Below are positions 42,883-54,309 of a DNA stretch of 64,000 nucleotides, in pieces (within the stretch, counting starts at the first letter, position 1; each line of letters starts with the position of its first letter). A program made the position numbers and the translations under genes. The notes beneath the pieces are model-generated. The model made no database searches. It was given only the letters and a program-made list of their open reading frames with translations, and was not told the DNA's origin. Location of the stretch: assembly GCA_963765895.1 (NCBI GenBank), contig CAVXZB010000084.1, positions 448,001 through 512,000 on the forward strand. Reading direction: 5' to 3'. The stretch comes from an uncultured Nitrososphaeraceae archaeon (GTDB lineage Archaea; Thermoproteota; Nitrososphaeria; Nitrososphaerales; Nitrososphaeraceae).

Positions 42883-43562
42883 GCCTGACATATTTAATTG
42901 AGGACACTATATACTCTGTTGCTTAGAGCCTTTTAGGAGTAACTGTATCTTTCTACCATTCGCGTGCATTATCTCCTTTAGAATTATTGGAAAATAAGAT
43001 AATTATATCACACTGTGACAGCAGACCCTCGTTAATGTCGTTTGTTTCCGGGAACAATGGGAAACAAATACACCATAACAAGGTATCACAGTGTGACATA
43101 TTTTTATTATCTAAATTATATATAATACTTCGGATTAGCTTTGCAGTTACTATGTTAATATGCCTTCGACATTGACTATTTCTCCTCTATCCTAATATTC
43201 TTAAATGAAACATGAGAATCTGTACCATGATTTTGAATCCCAATATATCCTTCAGTACTCCTATTGCCCACCTATCTTGAAAGAAGTATTTTCTAGTACA
43301 GATATGCAGCGCGCCAGATTATAAACATTCTGCAAAGTGGGAGATTTGATGCATATAGTTTAAGTTGCTGTGTATCAATGTGCATTTCTAATATGAGTTG
43401 AGCCAAATTACATGTTGAATAAACGAGAATTGTTTAGAGTAATTCTAATACTGTGTCGAATCCTGGAAGATAACACCTATTAATTACGGGTTAGCATGAA
43501 TTTATAGTGAGGATACTTCTTTTCGTTTATCTGTAATACTAATACCACCAGGTTGAAATGTT

Positions 43563-44300
43563 ATGACTACTAATACCCCCAACAAACAAGTAGCCATTGT
43601 CACTGGTGCTTCGAGCGGTATAGGCCTGGGTATAACCCGAGCGTTGATGCAACACGGTTATCATGTGGTCGCCAACTCACGCAATATCAGCAAATCAAAA
43701 GATTTGAAACCCTCATCCGACCTTATTCTTGTGGACGGGAACATCGGCAAACTGGACTCTGCCATAAAAGTGGCCGATGCCGCCATCAAAAACTTTGACC
43801 GTATTGATCTCCTGGTCAACAACGCGGGCATATACATCACAAAGTCATTCACCGATTATACGCCGGCTGACTTTGAGTTGATGATTGGCACTAACGTTGC
43901 AGGTTACTTTTTCATCACGCAAAGAGTGGTCGCGCAAATGCGCAAACAGAAGTCCGGCCATATCGTGGGCATCTCAACGGTTTTGGTGGATCAGCCGTTG
44001 GCTGGTGAGACGATTTCGTTGCCTGTGATTACCAAGTCCACCATTCCGGCGTTTCACCGCGCATTGGCTATGGAATTCCTGGCTGACGGTATCCGGGCGA
44101 ATACAATTTCGCCTGGTGTTGTTGACACTTCGATGCACGCCAGCGACGACCACGAAATTCTAAAAAGACGCCACCCCTTTCCGCGATTGGTTCAAATTTC
44201 GGAAATCGTGGATGCACTGCTTTATTTGCAATCAGCACCCATGGTGAATGGCGAAAACATCCGCATTGATGGAGGGGCCCATGCTGGCGCCAAATGGTAA
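43563..44300 (+). CDS. SDR oxidoreductase
   Basis: TGASSGIG, NNAG, IDGG; catalytic YxxxK altered (PVITK). Confidence 0.92.
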   Translation: MTTNTPNKQVAIVTGASSGIGLGITRALMQHGYHVVANSRNISKSKDLKPSSDLILVDGNIGKLDSAIKVADAAIKNFDRIDLLVNNAGIYITKSFTDYTPADFELMIGTNVAGYFFITQRVVAQMRKQKSGHIVGISTVLVDQPLAGETISLPVITKSTIPAFHRALAMEFLADGIRANTISPGVVDTSMHASDDHEILKRRHPFPRLVQISEIVDALLYLQSAPMVNGENIRIDGGAHAGAKW

Positions 44301-44451
44301 TCAGCGTAGTGAGAAGAGGTCCTCGAAGTGGGAAGTTAGGTGCTGCTTTTAATTACCGAGGAGGACATCGTTAGTATTATATTACTCAGATTAATCGTAA
44401 AACGCACTAAATCATTCATAACATTATAGGCATATAGATACTATCTAGACT

Positions 44452-44844
44452 ATGTTGGTTATGGAGGATCAGCAAATTCAAGCTGCACTAGATCAACACT
44501 GGGCCGCCTCAGCGGCTGGTGATCTAGAAAGGGAACACGACATCTACGATGATCACGTCGTTGTAGATTACCCTCAATCTAGGGAGCGTATAGTCAGCAG
44601 GCGAAATATACAAGCTCTTCGCGGACATCACCCGTCTAAGCCAGCTGGATTCACGATCAGGAGAATAATTGGTAATGGAGACCTATGGATCACCGAGTAT
44701 GTGATCATCTATGACGGACGACCTATCCCAACAGTAAGCATAATGGAGTTCCGTGACGGGAAGGTCATCCACGAGACACAATACTTTGCTGAACCATTTG
44801 AGCCTCCGGCTTGGCGTGCTCAATGGGTCGAAAGAATGATCTGA
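44452..44844 (+). CDS. SnoaL-like/NTF2 protein
   Basis: YPQSRERI, WITEY..YDG, VSIMEF, ETQYF. Confidence 0.88.
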   Translation: MLVMEDQQIQAALDQHWAASAAGDLEREHDIYDDHVVVDYPQSRERIVSRRNIQALRGHHPSKPAGFTIRRIIGNGDLWITEYVIIYDGRPIPTVSIMEFRDGKVIHETQYFAEPFEPPAWRAQWVERMI

Positions 44845-45053
44845 GCTTGCGGATTGAGCAGGTTGGCGTCCCACTAATTCTCCGAAACTGCTATTTACAT
44901 GACTTACTGACTTACTGAGGATCTTTAGAAGAGAATTGAATTGCCTATTACTATTTGAAATTCGATAGGTTTACTACAGAATCGTAGTAAAGCCAGAGCT
45001 CCCTACCTACAGTTCTACAGCTTATAGAAATTAATGCCAATAGAATGTCATGA

Positions 45054-45275
45054 TTGTCAAAGCAACAGCAAAAAGAAAAAGAACTAACGATAGACGAAGT
45101 CAAGAAAATGATCTGCAAACAAATTGAAAAGAGACAGAAACAAGTCGGCCCAGCTAAACATAACATGCGAATAATAGAAAACAACATGACAGAACTAGAA
45201 ACAATGCAGTTCATACTTAGTATGATAACTGATGAAGAGCGATTAAGGGAGCGAGACAAACCAACCAACAAATGA
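45054..45275 (+). CDS. Small hypothetical helical protein
   Basis: 73-aa charged ORF, AT-rich inside the GC-richer patch. Confidence 0.45.
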   Translation: MSKQQQKEKELTIDEVKKMICKQIEKRQKQVGPAKHNMRIIENNMTELETMQFILSMITDEERLRERDKPTNK

Positions 45276-45433
45276 TATGCCAAATCTTGAAACCATGAGC
45301 TGTCTCTAACTTCTACTGCATAGGATTGGCCCACAGCACACAATGGGAGGATGAGCCATGGCCGGTGGTCACAGAGGTCGCCCAGCAAGCGGTAACAGAA
45401 ATGACTAAATCCAGGTGAGCGGAAGGAAAATTC

Positions 45434-45742
45434 ATGGAATACCTGACCGATATGGTCACCACAGTTCCCGAGGGAACTAGCCCCGCCAAAGTAGATGAAA
45501 TGCGGGCGGCAGTGCGAGCCGCTGAGCTCGCCAAAGCAGGCCATTTGGTCCGGCTCTGGCGCCCCCACTTGGTCCAGACGAATGGCGCAGCATTGGGCTG
45601 TTCTGTGCCGCAGACGAGGCAGAGCTTCGAAGTCCTCTACTCGTTACCTCTTCATATTTGGATGAAGGTCACTATTACTCCGCTGAGTTCACATCCCAAT
45701 GATCCAGAATCTCGCGCCCGTCAGGCCATGGAACATTCATAG
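45434..45742 (+). pseudogene. Muconolactone delta-isomerase-family protein, locally disrupted
   Basis: MEYL, RAAELAKAGHLVRLWR, LxSLPLHIWMKVTITPLSSHPNDP; central part looks out of frame. Confidence 0.75.
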
Positions 45743-46094
45743 ACCTAGCGGCATTACTGAAACTAAACCAATTACGACAAATACTGGACATCAGTGTAAT
45801 GTCGTCTTCTCATCTAAACTGTATAGACACAATAAGTGATGGCTAAACCAAAACATGCACAGTAACTAATACTAAGACCGGTAACGAATCGCTCACTTAC
45901 CCGGCCGAATTTAACAAATTCCTGATCGTACAGCAACTGAGCTATCGAAATCGAATTTTAGTAAGATCGTAAGCCGGCGAACACATCAAGAAATATTGTT
46001 TATACAGGCCTGACTAACTCTAATGAGCCTATGTAAATGAATTAGACGGGCAAAATGCCGGCGATATTTATCGTGTCTAGCTACGCCATAGACT

Positions 46095-46238
46095 TTACAT
46101 CATAGTAGGTCGACGTAAAGATGTAAATCTGAATCACGCAGTTTCTGGATTCTCTGCTGGGATAACATCCATTTGCGAATATTAGAGCACTACGCCTATA
46201 CACTTTAGCATAATGCGACCAGTCTTCGTAGGTTTCAT
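46095..46238 (-). pseudogene. Degenerate paralog of the zinc-ribbon micro-protein at 54310-54474
   Basis: MKPTKTGRIMLKC..ALIFAN..QQRIQKLRD..FT. Confidence 0.6.
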
Positions 46239-46289
46239 ATACTTATTATTCAGTTTATGCGACAAAATTCGTTTCGCGTCTAATCACGC

Positions 46290-47277
46290 TTAAGATACAA
46301 ATGTGTCCTTCATTTTTTGCACTAATGGCAAATAATCATTGAATCTTTCTATTGATGCAGAGTAGTCAATGAAATAACCGGTATCTTTTCCTATTAACGT
46401 TCCGAACTCCATTACCTTTCTTAGTCCATAGATTGGATTCACGTAGGTCCAAACTAGTTTATATGCTGGGGACCCCGAAAGTATATATTTATTATTATTT
46501 ATGTCATCTAGGCTGGTCGCTTATAATTTTGAGATTAGGAAAATTGGTGAGGTTTTTAGATTTAACTGCTAAGTAAAGGTAGTCTTTCAAAGATATCGGA
46601 GAATGACCGATCCGCTTGGACAAATTACTATTGGTGCCTATGTAGAATATTGGTAGCCCACTTGATAATCTTGGCACATAGAAGGAAGCAATAACCTTTG
46701 ACTTAAAATGATCTGGCTTATGTTGTTGCAGATTAGAATTGTTTTCAATTCGTATACTCCAATTGGATGGATACTGAACCGAGGCTCCGTAGCGGTCGTT
46801 ATGATATATCAAGAAAGTTCCCGTAGGAATTGCAGCAAGGGTTGCGTCATTTAGAGTAATATTGGGGATTGAAAGTAGATGCAACAGGTCCCGGCCAACT
46901 TGGTCCTCAAGCGCGTTGAAATCTGCTATGATTAAATTATTATTATTATTATTGGTTGCAGAAGCATAATGTGATTTATTTTCGTCTGACAATGAATTTA
47001 ATGTATTTATAAGGGTTGATCCTAAAGCTCGTGCATTAACAATGTTTCTGTCATTCATTTTAGCAAATATCAGCAATTCATCATAGGCAGCATGTAAATG
47101 CAAAATAGAATCAGCACTCTTGTTATTTTGAAACGACTGAATAGCTTGATCTATAAGGATTTTTATTAAGATGGAATTGTCATTCTTGTCATTTTGTGCA
47201 GATATATGGTTAATACCAAATAGAATCAAAGTTAATGTAATCAGGCAAGGTAGTAGAATGAATAATAGTCTGAACAA
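46290..47277 (-). CDS. Secreted PsbP-like domain protein, frameshift near 46520
   Basis: YHNDRYGASVQYPSNW; continuation LSGSPAYKLVWTY...YLPLVQKMKDTF in another frame. Confidence 0.75.
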
Positions 47278-48351
47278 AGTACAGACATATTTGGTAACTA
47301 ATGGTTATACTCAAGCGGCAATATTTCTTTATAGATTTCTAATGTACATCAAACCCTGTTAGGTTAAGCTCTCTCGCCTCACAGAGCATACGATCCGCAA
47401 TTCAATTATATTTCGCCCGGCGATTACATAATACATTACATATGTATCAACTTAGGATATGGCTGATCCTTCATTCTGTGACATGGGTGGCACAATAGCT
47501 GCATATTTCTGACTATTGACTTCCCATATAGTGCTCGCGGGACAATATGATCGACGCTAAGTTCGCTATCAAGAAAATTGTAGAACCTACGTCCTTCCAA
47601 CTTATGTTTTACTTGGTAAGTGAAAATATAATATCTTTATCACTATAGTTTACTTTAGATCGCCTGCAAATCTCACGGCCGATATCCTTTCTGTACACAG
47701 ATGACAAACCAGGCGTGAATATAATATGATTAGCAAGATTTACTTTACATAATTGCATAAAGCCTCATAAGAGTCGATATATTTTCTGTCCCTACTGTCC
47801 CTAACTAGTAGTCATGATCTATCCCTGAAATGACTAACTAACATTGTATTAAATTATAGAGATATAGTAAAAAGGTAAGTATAGGTAGAGTAGATAGTGA
47901 TATCGAACTAGGGACTAGATAAGAAATTTCTGGAGAAGTGGATCCTGACTAACAATTATGCTGGGATTATTCGAAGTCATGCGACTGAAGGTTTAATTTG
48001 AACGAAGTAAATCATTGACATCAGTCTTGGTATGTTCATTGCGACAGTAACATATTTAGATAAAGTGGATCTTTGGGTTTCGTTATCTAATCTGACGGTG
48101 AATTTTTCATTGTCTATGCCATCATTGCTGTTTCAGCCGTATATTATGTGATATAGTATGCAACTAATGGCCATATTCTCCGTCCATCTGACATTTCTAA
48201 CAATAATAGCCTGGGTTATAATGATGTTCTGAAGGTTCGGACATAGCGGAGGTTAGTTTATCTACTTGAGAAATGATAGTGCTAATAACATCAAATTTGT
48301 ACTACTATTCCTTGACCGTTTCAAATAAACTCAGCGTATTACATAGAAAAA

Positions 48352-48687
48352 TTATATTAGGGATTTTTCATTACTAGGTTCTCTTAGTGAATGCAGCATG
48401 TACAACATCTTCTGTAAATATCTGTCGTTATTAGACATTGAAACTTTTAATTTACCTTGGTAGTATTCAATAAGATGATCAAGAAAGCAGTTCGTTTTTT
48501 CTCTATCCTCTGATATATTAGAGAGTATCATAGCAAACCAGTACTCTATTAAGGCATCTTTTCCGTACCGACTTTCTAATTCAACAAGGAAAACAAAATT
48601 AGAATGACATCGTCTACATAGGCCATAATGTGTATTTAAGTATGAACTTTCTTCATTTCTAACAATGTGCCCACATTTTGCCTTCAT
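48352..48687 (-). CDS. Hypothetical protein with N-terminal CGH/CxxC zinc motif
   Basis: KCGH...LCRRCH. Confidence 0.6.
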   Translation of the reverse strand: MKAKCGHIVRNEESSYLNTHYGLCRRCHSNFVFLVELESRYGKDALIEYWFAMILSNISEDREKTNCFLDHLIEYYQGKLKVSMSNNDRYLQKMLYMLHSLREPSNEKSLI

Positions 48688-48975
48688 TTTGATACTATCC
48701 TTATTATAAGATATTACTTAGGTCTTAAAAAGTATAAGAGTTAATATTTACTTATATTGTTTAACATTAAATATAAGTTTTATAATTAGAAATAGTATAT
48801 TTCAAACCGCTATTCAAAGATGAGTATTAAATAATAAATTTATACTATTTACTTGACAAACATAATTATACTAAATCATGAATTGAAGAGACTTGACTGT
48901 AAATTTTATATTATCAAAATCAAATAAGGAAAAATACTGCCATAGGAAGAGTGACACTTTAAACTGATATTGTAA

Positions 48976-50460
48976 CTATGAATGATTCTTTATCCAATCT
49001 CCTACCTTTGGCCATAGTTCTTTATGAGCCTTTTTTCCTATCATTAGGCCTACGTGCCCAGAATTAAACTCGAATAGATCTTTATCATGACTTTCTGTTA
49101 ATACATCGTTAAGAGCCTTACTAGAATTAGGTTCCACCAAATCATCATGTTTGGCTATAATGTTAAGAAATGGCATACTAATTTTCTTTAGATTGACAAC
49201 TAGATCTTTAGTAGTATTTGCGTTAGTATTATTATCTCGATTTACTCCTATTTCTCCTCCTTCTATACTCATTTTACTTTTGATAAGTAAATTTTGCTTA
49301 TAACAATACTCTACAAATTCTCTATAGATTTCACCAATTACAGGTGGACTATCATATAACCAGGTTTCTGTTGCAAGGAATTCTATTATTGATTCTATAT
49401 CATGGGGTTGCTCAAAGAAATGGAAATACTTATGGCTATACTCTATAGGTCTTCTAAGGTTAAAAGCAGAATTTAGTAGTATGCCAGGTACATTCCAAAC
49501 GCATCTAAAATATGATCTTCATTTATTGATTTTGTCCATACAGAAAGTAACGAATTATCAAGATCAAAATCTCCGGGCGTAGCGATAGTTATTAGATTTT
49601 TCACCTTTTCAGGATGTAAAGCAGAGTACATGAGCGCAAGATCACCTCCCCAACAATAACCAAGTAATGATATTTTGTCAGATTTTGTAACCTTTCTTAT
49701 AAGGTCCACAGAACTGTCTATGTATTTATTTACAAAATGGCCTATAGTTAAAGTTCTATCATATGCTGATGGTGTTCCCCAATCTGTAGCAAACATATCC
49801 AGCCCCTGGTAAAGTAAGCTCCGTACTACACTCACTTCAGGTAGGAGATCTAGGATATAATGTCTGTTTATGAATGCATAGATTACAAGCACAGGAGGAG
49901 GCTTATTTTTCTTCTTCTTCTTCTTCTTCTCATAATGCTGTCTTTGTACCTACTCTTTTTCATTTCATACTTAGAGAGACCTGATTTATCATCATAATGA
50001 AATAGTGAATATTTTTCTAATTCGCAAATTTTCTGCGAAGGTGTACGGTATAGCATGTCTCTGGCTGGTTCAACAAAATCATTATTCCATACGGAAGAAT
50101 TGTTTGATATATATTGATACATCTTCCCCAGGCCAGTTATTTTGACTAACTTTGAATTGTTAGCAATAGTATCTGAAAGGACCTTGATGAATTCTTCTTC
50201 TCTAAACCTTGCATCAAATATCTTACCAAATTTACTTCTTAACATACTATCCAGTTCGGGCAGGTTCTTCCAAGTCCTATTATATTCAGAAAGTGTATCA
50301 AGGTATGTCAAATAGGCTTCTGCAAAAAAGTTGAATAGCTTTGTATTAAACTGCAACGAGCTTGAATAAGCTCGGGTAAGAGCATCAAAGCCATTCATAA
50401 TGGAATTATAGTAATAAAATGGGAAAAGGCCGATAACATTATTGCTATACTTGTTTGTTT
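48976..50460 (-). pseudogene. phaC: Class III PHA synthase PhaC, split by about 3 frameshifts
   Basis: YAFINRHYILDL, DWG, GYCWGG lipase box, ETWLYDSPP, DDLV, SGHVGL catalytic His. Confidence 0.88.
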
Positions 50461-51387
50461 CCGAATTAGTACTAGGCAATTGTACCCTATAATAGCCTCT
50501 TCTATAACCTATTTTAAAGTTCATATATCCAATATTAACAAATAAAAAGGAAAGCAATAGTTTAAACTATCCAAGAAAATAAATTGTTATAAATTCATGA
50601 TGCCATATTCAAATGTAACATACCATGCAGGACCGGCATCCTTACCCATGATCTAAATCATACATCAACCATGGTGTGTGTCCCTGTATCCTTGAGCAAA
50701 AAATGACCTACACTAGATGCACAAACAGGTGAATCTAGTATATCGCAAGTAGTAAAGTCAGCTGGCTTTAAGCGCTTTAGACGATCAGCTCAGACTTCTT
50801 AATATAGTATATGAGGCAAAATCCTGAATGAGTTAGTGATTAAAAGTCCTTACCAAGCTGAATAACTCCATCCAGAGCAGCCAATGTGATAGTGCAAATG
50901 TGATGACACGTACTAAAACATTATAGTTTTGGATAAAGATTGTGAAGCTTTTATACTTGATAGTTGGCAGGTCGTGTATGTGTAGTTGATAGGCGGCTAA
51001 GTTATCGGTCTAATATCTCTCTTGCTAGGACTCGGAAATACAAACTAATCTTGCCAGCGATTGTCATTGGAGCCGTTACTGTTTCATAATATCCAAGGCC
51101 ATAGCTTCCTGCTACCAACATCGCATAACGTCAAAACACTGATTAAATCATACGAAATCAAATATTGATAGTAATAGTCATCTCTATAATGCATTTAGAA
51201 TTTAATATTGAGTGCTTTATGACCTCTGTTACTAAGATCCGATTTTTGTCGTGCATTTCGACATCAAAGTTTTGTCATCATGAAGACAGTAGCAGTGAGT
51301 GAGTAACTGACCAAATAAGACCAAACCTCTAAAGTGCAGTTAACTCAATACTCCTTGATAGTGTAGAAATAAAAAATAAGGCTTATG

Positions 51388-51564
51388 TCAAGAATTACGA
51401 ATAGTTGCCTTAAGATTAGTTTGCATTTGAGTCATATCTTGTTGTGTTTTTCCGTGTTCTTTCATTCCATGTTCGGCTGCATCTCTAATAACTTCTTCCT
51501 CAGTTTCTCCTTTAGCAACGTAATCGCAGTCGCATCCTGCATCACGACAAGACAGTGTCTTCAT
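51388..51564 (-). CDS. DUF1059 small metal-binding protein (not in the ORF track)
   Basis: MKTLSCRDAGCDCDYVAKGETEEEVIRDAAEHGMKEHG. Confidence 0.9.
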   Translation of the reverse strand: MKTLSCRDAGCDCDYVAKGETEEEVIRDAAEHGMKEHGKTQQDMTQMQTNLKATIRNS

Positions 51565-52282
51565 ATCTAAATTAAGAGTATGGTCGATATTAAAACAATT
51601 CCTTTAGACTACACGTAATACATATTCTAGACATAAATCTACTGAGATTCATAGAAGCAGATCATTGATCGGCACTGGGTACTGTAGACATGTTCTTCAC
51701 TATATTGTCAGGAAGCCGGCGAAATCCAGCGAGATAGTCTTATGCGATTCTGATAGAAGTATGCCAAATATTTCCTAGAACTACGTCACAAGAAGGAACT
51801 GATAAGGGAAGTGGAGTGTGTTAACACCTTGTTTTCTACCTAGCATTCGTGAGACAGAAATCGAGCAGCCAACTAAAGTTGGTCTACATGCTATCACCGG
51901 ATATAAGCAAAAACTTCCTATTTGTCAATGTTGAAAGGTATCGACGGATGGCAACCTATTCTTCGTAATTCAATCCGAGGGTTAGCCTAAATCGTAACGC
52001 TACCAGAAGAAATTTCAATATAATTTGTGGTAACACCTATAATAAAGATAATGTAGGTCACTTGAATATTGTATTCGATGCCCGCTGGCTTTGACCTAGA
52101 CTTCTGATGTTACAGCGGTCAGCTTACTAAAAACGAATCTAACAAGAGTATCCTAGTCGGCAAACAGATCACGAAATATTGAAGCCTCGTAAATCATCTC
52201 GTAATGGTGGTCAATTACTAGATTCATGCATTAATCCAAAGTAATCAAGTCAAATAAATAACCAAACAAATAAAGGATTTGC

Positions 52283-52975
52283 CTACACTACATTGAAGGC
52301 TTTTTGTAACTTTGAATCGTAATTGTCTTTTTTGATTTCTAAATTGGTATTATAAATTCCATTACTTGATTGAGGTCCTATTTGTACAGTAAATGTCGCA
52401 TGTCCATCTTTATCCGTATATGCCGTTTGAGTAGTTGTTGTTGTTGTTTTGTCTATGGATGGATTGAAATTTGGTGGTTCTATGGTCAGTAGAACAAGTA
52501 CGTCAGAGATGGGTTGATCCGTATATTTATCTCTGACAGTTACACTCATGTAAGTTGTATCACCTACTTTTACGGGGTCTTTTATAATAGAATAGTCTAT
52601 GGTATACTGTTTTGAAGACTTGCAGTTAGCTATTCCACTAAACAGAGGTGCAAACTTTCCTCCAGCAATATTATCAACAGTATTACAAAAGCCCTTTCCA
52701 TCTGAGGATATACTATTTTTACCATCAAAGGCAGCTGCTTTTCCATTTCCAGAAGTATCAATATCCACATCAGCTCTGGCAGTTTGAATGATAGTAGGTA
52801 AGAGTGATAGTGGTGATGATGATGATATTGCGGGAAGTATTGAATAATTAGATAATAATACCGAAGGTGATGTCATAGTCAAGACTACAAGTAGACTAAT
52901 AATAAGCAGAAACTTGGGTTCTCTTTTCATATATCCCCTACCTTCTTTATTGTATACATGTCTATACATACTCAT
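52283..52975 (-). CDS. Secreted Ig-like-domain protein, paralog of the 30972-31334 domain
   Basis: DPVKVGDT..SVTVRD...TDKDGHATF aligns to DPIQTGDT..TVTVRD...TDDNGLTTF. Confidence 0.8.
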   Translation of the reverse strand: MSMYRHVYNKEGRGYMKREPKFLLIISLLVVLTMTSPSVLLSNYSILPAISSSSPLSLLPTIIQTARADVDIDTSGNGKAAAFDGKNSISSDGKGFCNTVDNIAGGKFAPLFSGIANCKSSKQYTIDYSIIKDPVKVGDTTYMSVTVRDKYTDQPISDVLVLLTIEPPNFNPSIDKTTTTTTQTAYTDKDGHATFTVQIGPQSSNGIYNTNLEIKKDNYDSKLQKAFNVV

Positions 52976-53061
52976 CTATCTCTTTAAAATTAGTTGATTT
53001 GAAAAAATGTGATTGGTGTCTTTCCATACCATTCCAAATCTTGCTCACAAACACTAATCAA

Positions 53062-53379
53062 TCATCTGCCACCAGCTGCTGCGGCTGCTCCTGCACTGCC
53101 ACCGGCTGCTGCCAGATGATGCTGCGCTATCGCCAGCTGCTGCGGCTGCTGCTGCACTGCCACCGGCTGCTGCAGATGATGCTGCGCTATCGCCAGCTGC
53201 TGCGGCGTGCTCGCGGCTGCGCCATGACTACCATGATGATGATTATTATGATGACCGTAGTTGTAGTGGTGATGGTTTCTGTGTGCGAACACGGACTGCT
53301 GTTCTGACATTGTTGTAGTAACTAGCAATAGAGCTATTGTCGCTATTGCTATTCCTGAGATAATATAACTTCGATTCAT
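53062..53379 (-). CDS. Small secreted His-rich, Ala/Gly/Ser-repeat protein
   Basis: Signal peptide ending SVFA, HRNHHHYNYGHHNNHHHGSHG, about 60-bp GC-rich repeats. Confidence 0.7.
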   Translation of the reverse strand: MNRSYIISGIAIATIALLLVTTTMSEQQSVFAHRNHHHYNYGHHNNHHHGSHGAAASTPQQLAIAQHHLQQPVAVQQQPQQLAIAQHHLAAAGGSAGAAAAAGGR

Positions 53380-54309
53380 ATCTATACAATGTATAATAGA
53401 TTCGAGTATACCAAGATTATGAACATATATTACAACTTCTTGATCTGTAATTATTTTCTATAAGATATTTGGTGCAATTTTTTCACTATATGAACTTGAT
53501 GAGCAATAATGTAATCGTACTTATAGCAGTAATCACAATGAGCCTCATCGTAATTATTCTAATCTACTCCAAAGCGTTATGTAAGGACTTTAGAGTATTT
53601 ATCTGTATACAAATAACGAATATGTCTTTAACTATCGATAGACTAACTTAGTTCATTGGAATCGCATACAAGTTAAAAAATATCGTTGCTATACTTATCT
53701 AGACAGGCAAATAATAACCATGTCTATGATGTTAGAATAGACCTGATATAACTAACCTGATTCATCAATCCGCCTGCCAAATAGTTGGTCTGGATAGACC
53801 TCATACTTCCGGCAGTTATGCCATATAGAATATCCATAGACAATCGGCCGGCCGTTATAGAATTCAGCAGTCTTAGGGGATGTGCTTCCTACCTATGACA
53901 TACACTGAATTCATTTAACGTCCGTGTGCATAACTAACTGTCAGTATACGTTATCTATATTATACATTATAGAATATATTAGTAAATTAATAGATATGTT
54001 ATTATCTATAATTATCTCTATTTTTCTTATGAAAGTGTCGTTAGGTTCAATCTCTGCAATAATGTTGATAGGAAGTTTAACGCCTCGACATCAATTGACA
54101 TATCCAATATCTTATGATCAATATACACTATTTATGATGCTTTTTGCCGGCAGGTCTGCCCCCATGAAGGTTCTCTATAAGAGATCATATCAGATCCGGC
54201 AAACTATCCAAGATCAGTATATGTGAGACAAGATGAGTAGTATGATATCTTAGCGACATTACTTGTAAAAAGACAAGACTATCATACGCTTTCAATTTTC
54301 CTCATACTG

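Noticed and set aside
44951-45568. 205-aa minus-strand ORF
   Set aside because: Antisense to better-supported plus-strand genes; no motif
51385-51570. Plus-strand 61-aa ORF
   Set aside because: The opposite strand encodes a clear DUF1059 protein
52070-52125. tRNA-Tyr-like fragment on the minus strand
   Set aside because: No proper TTC T-loop, D-arm or acceptor stem
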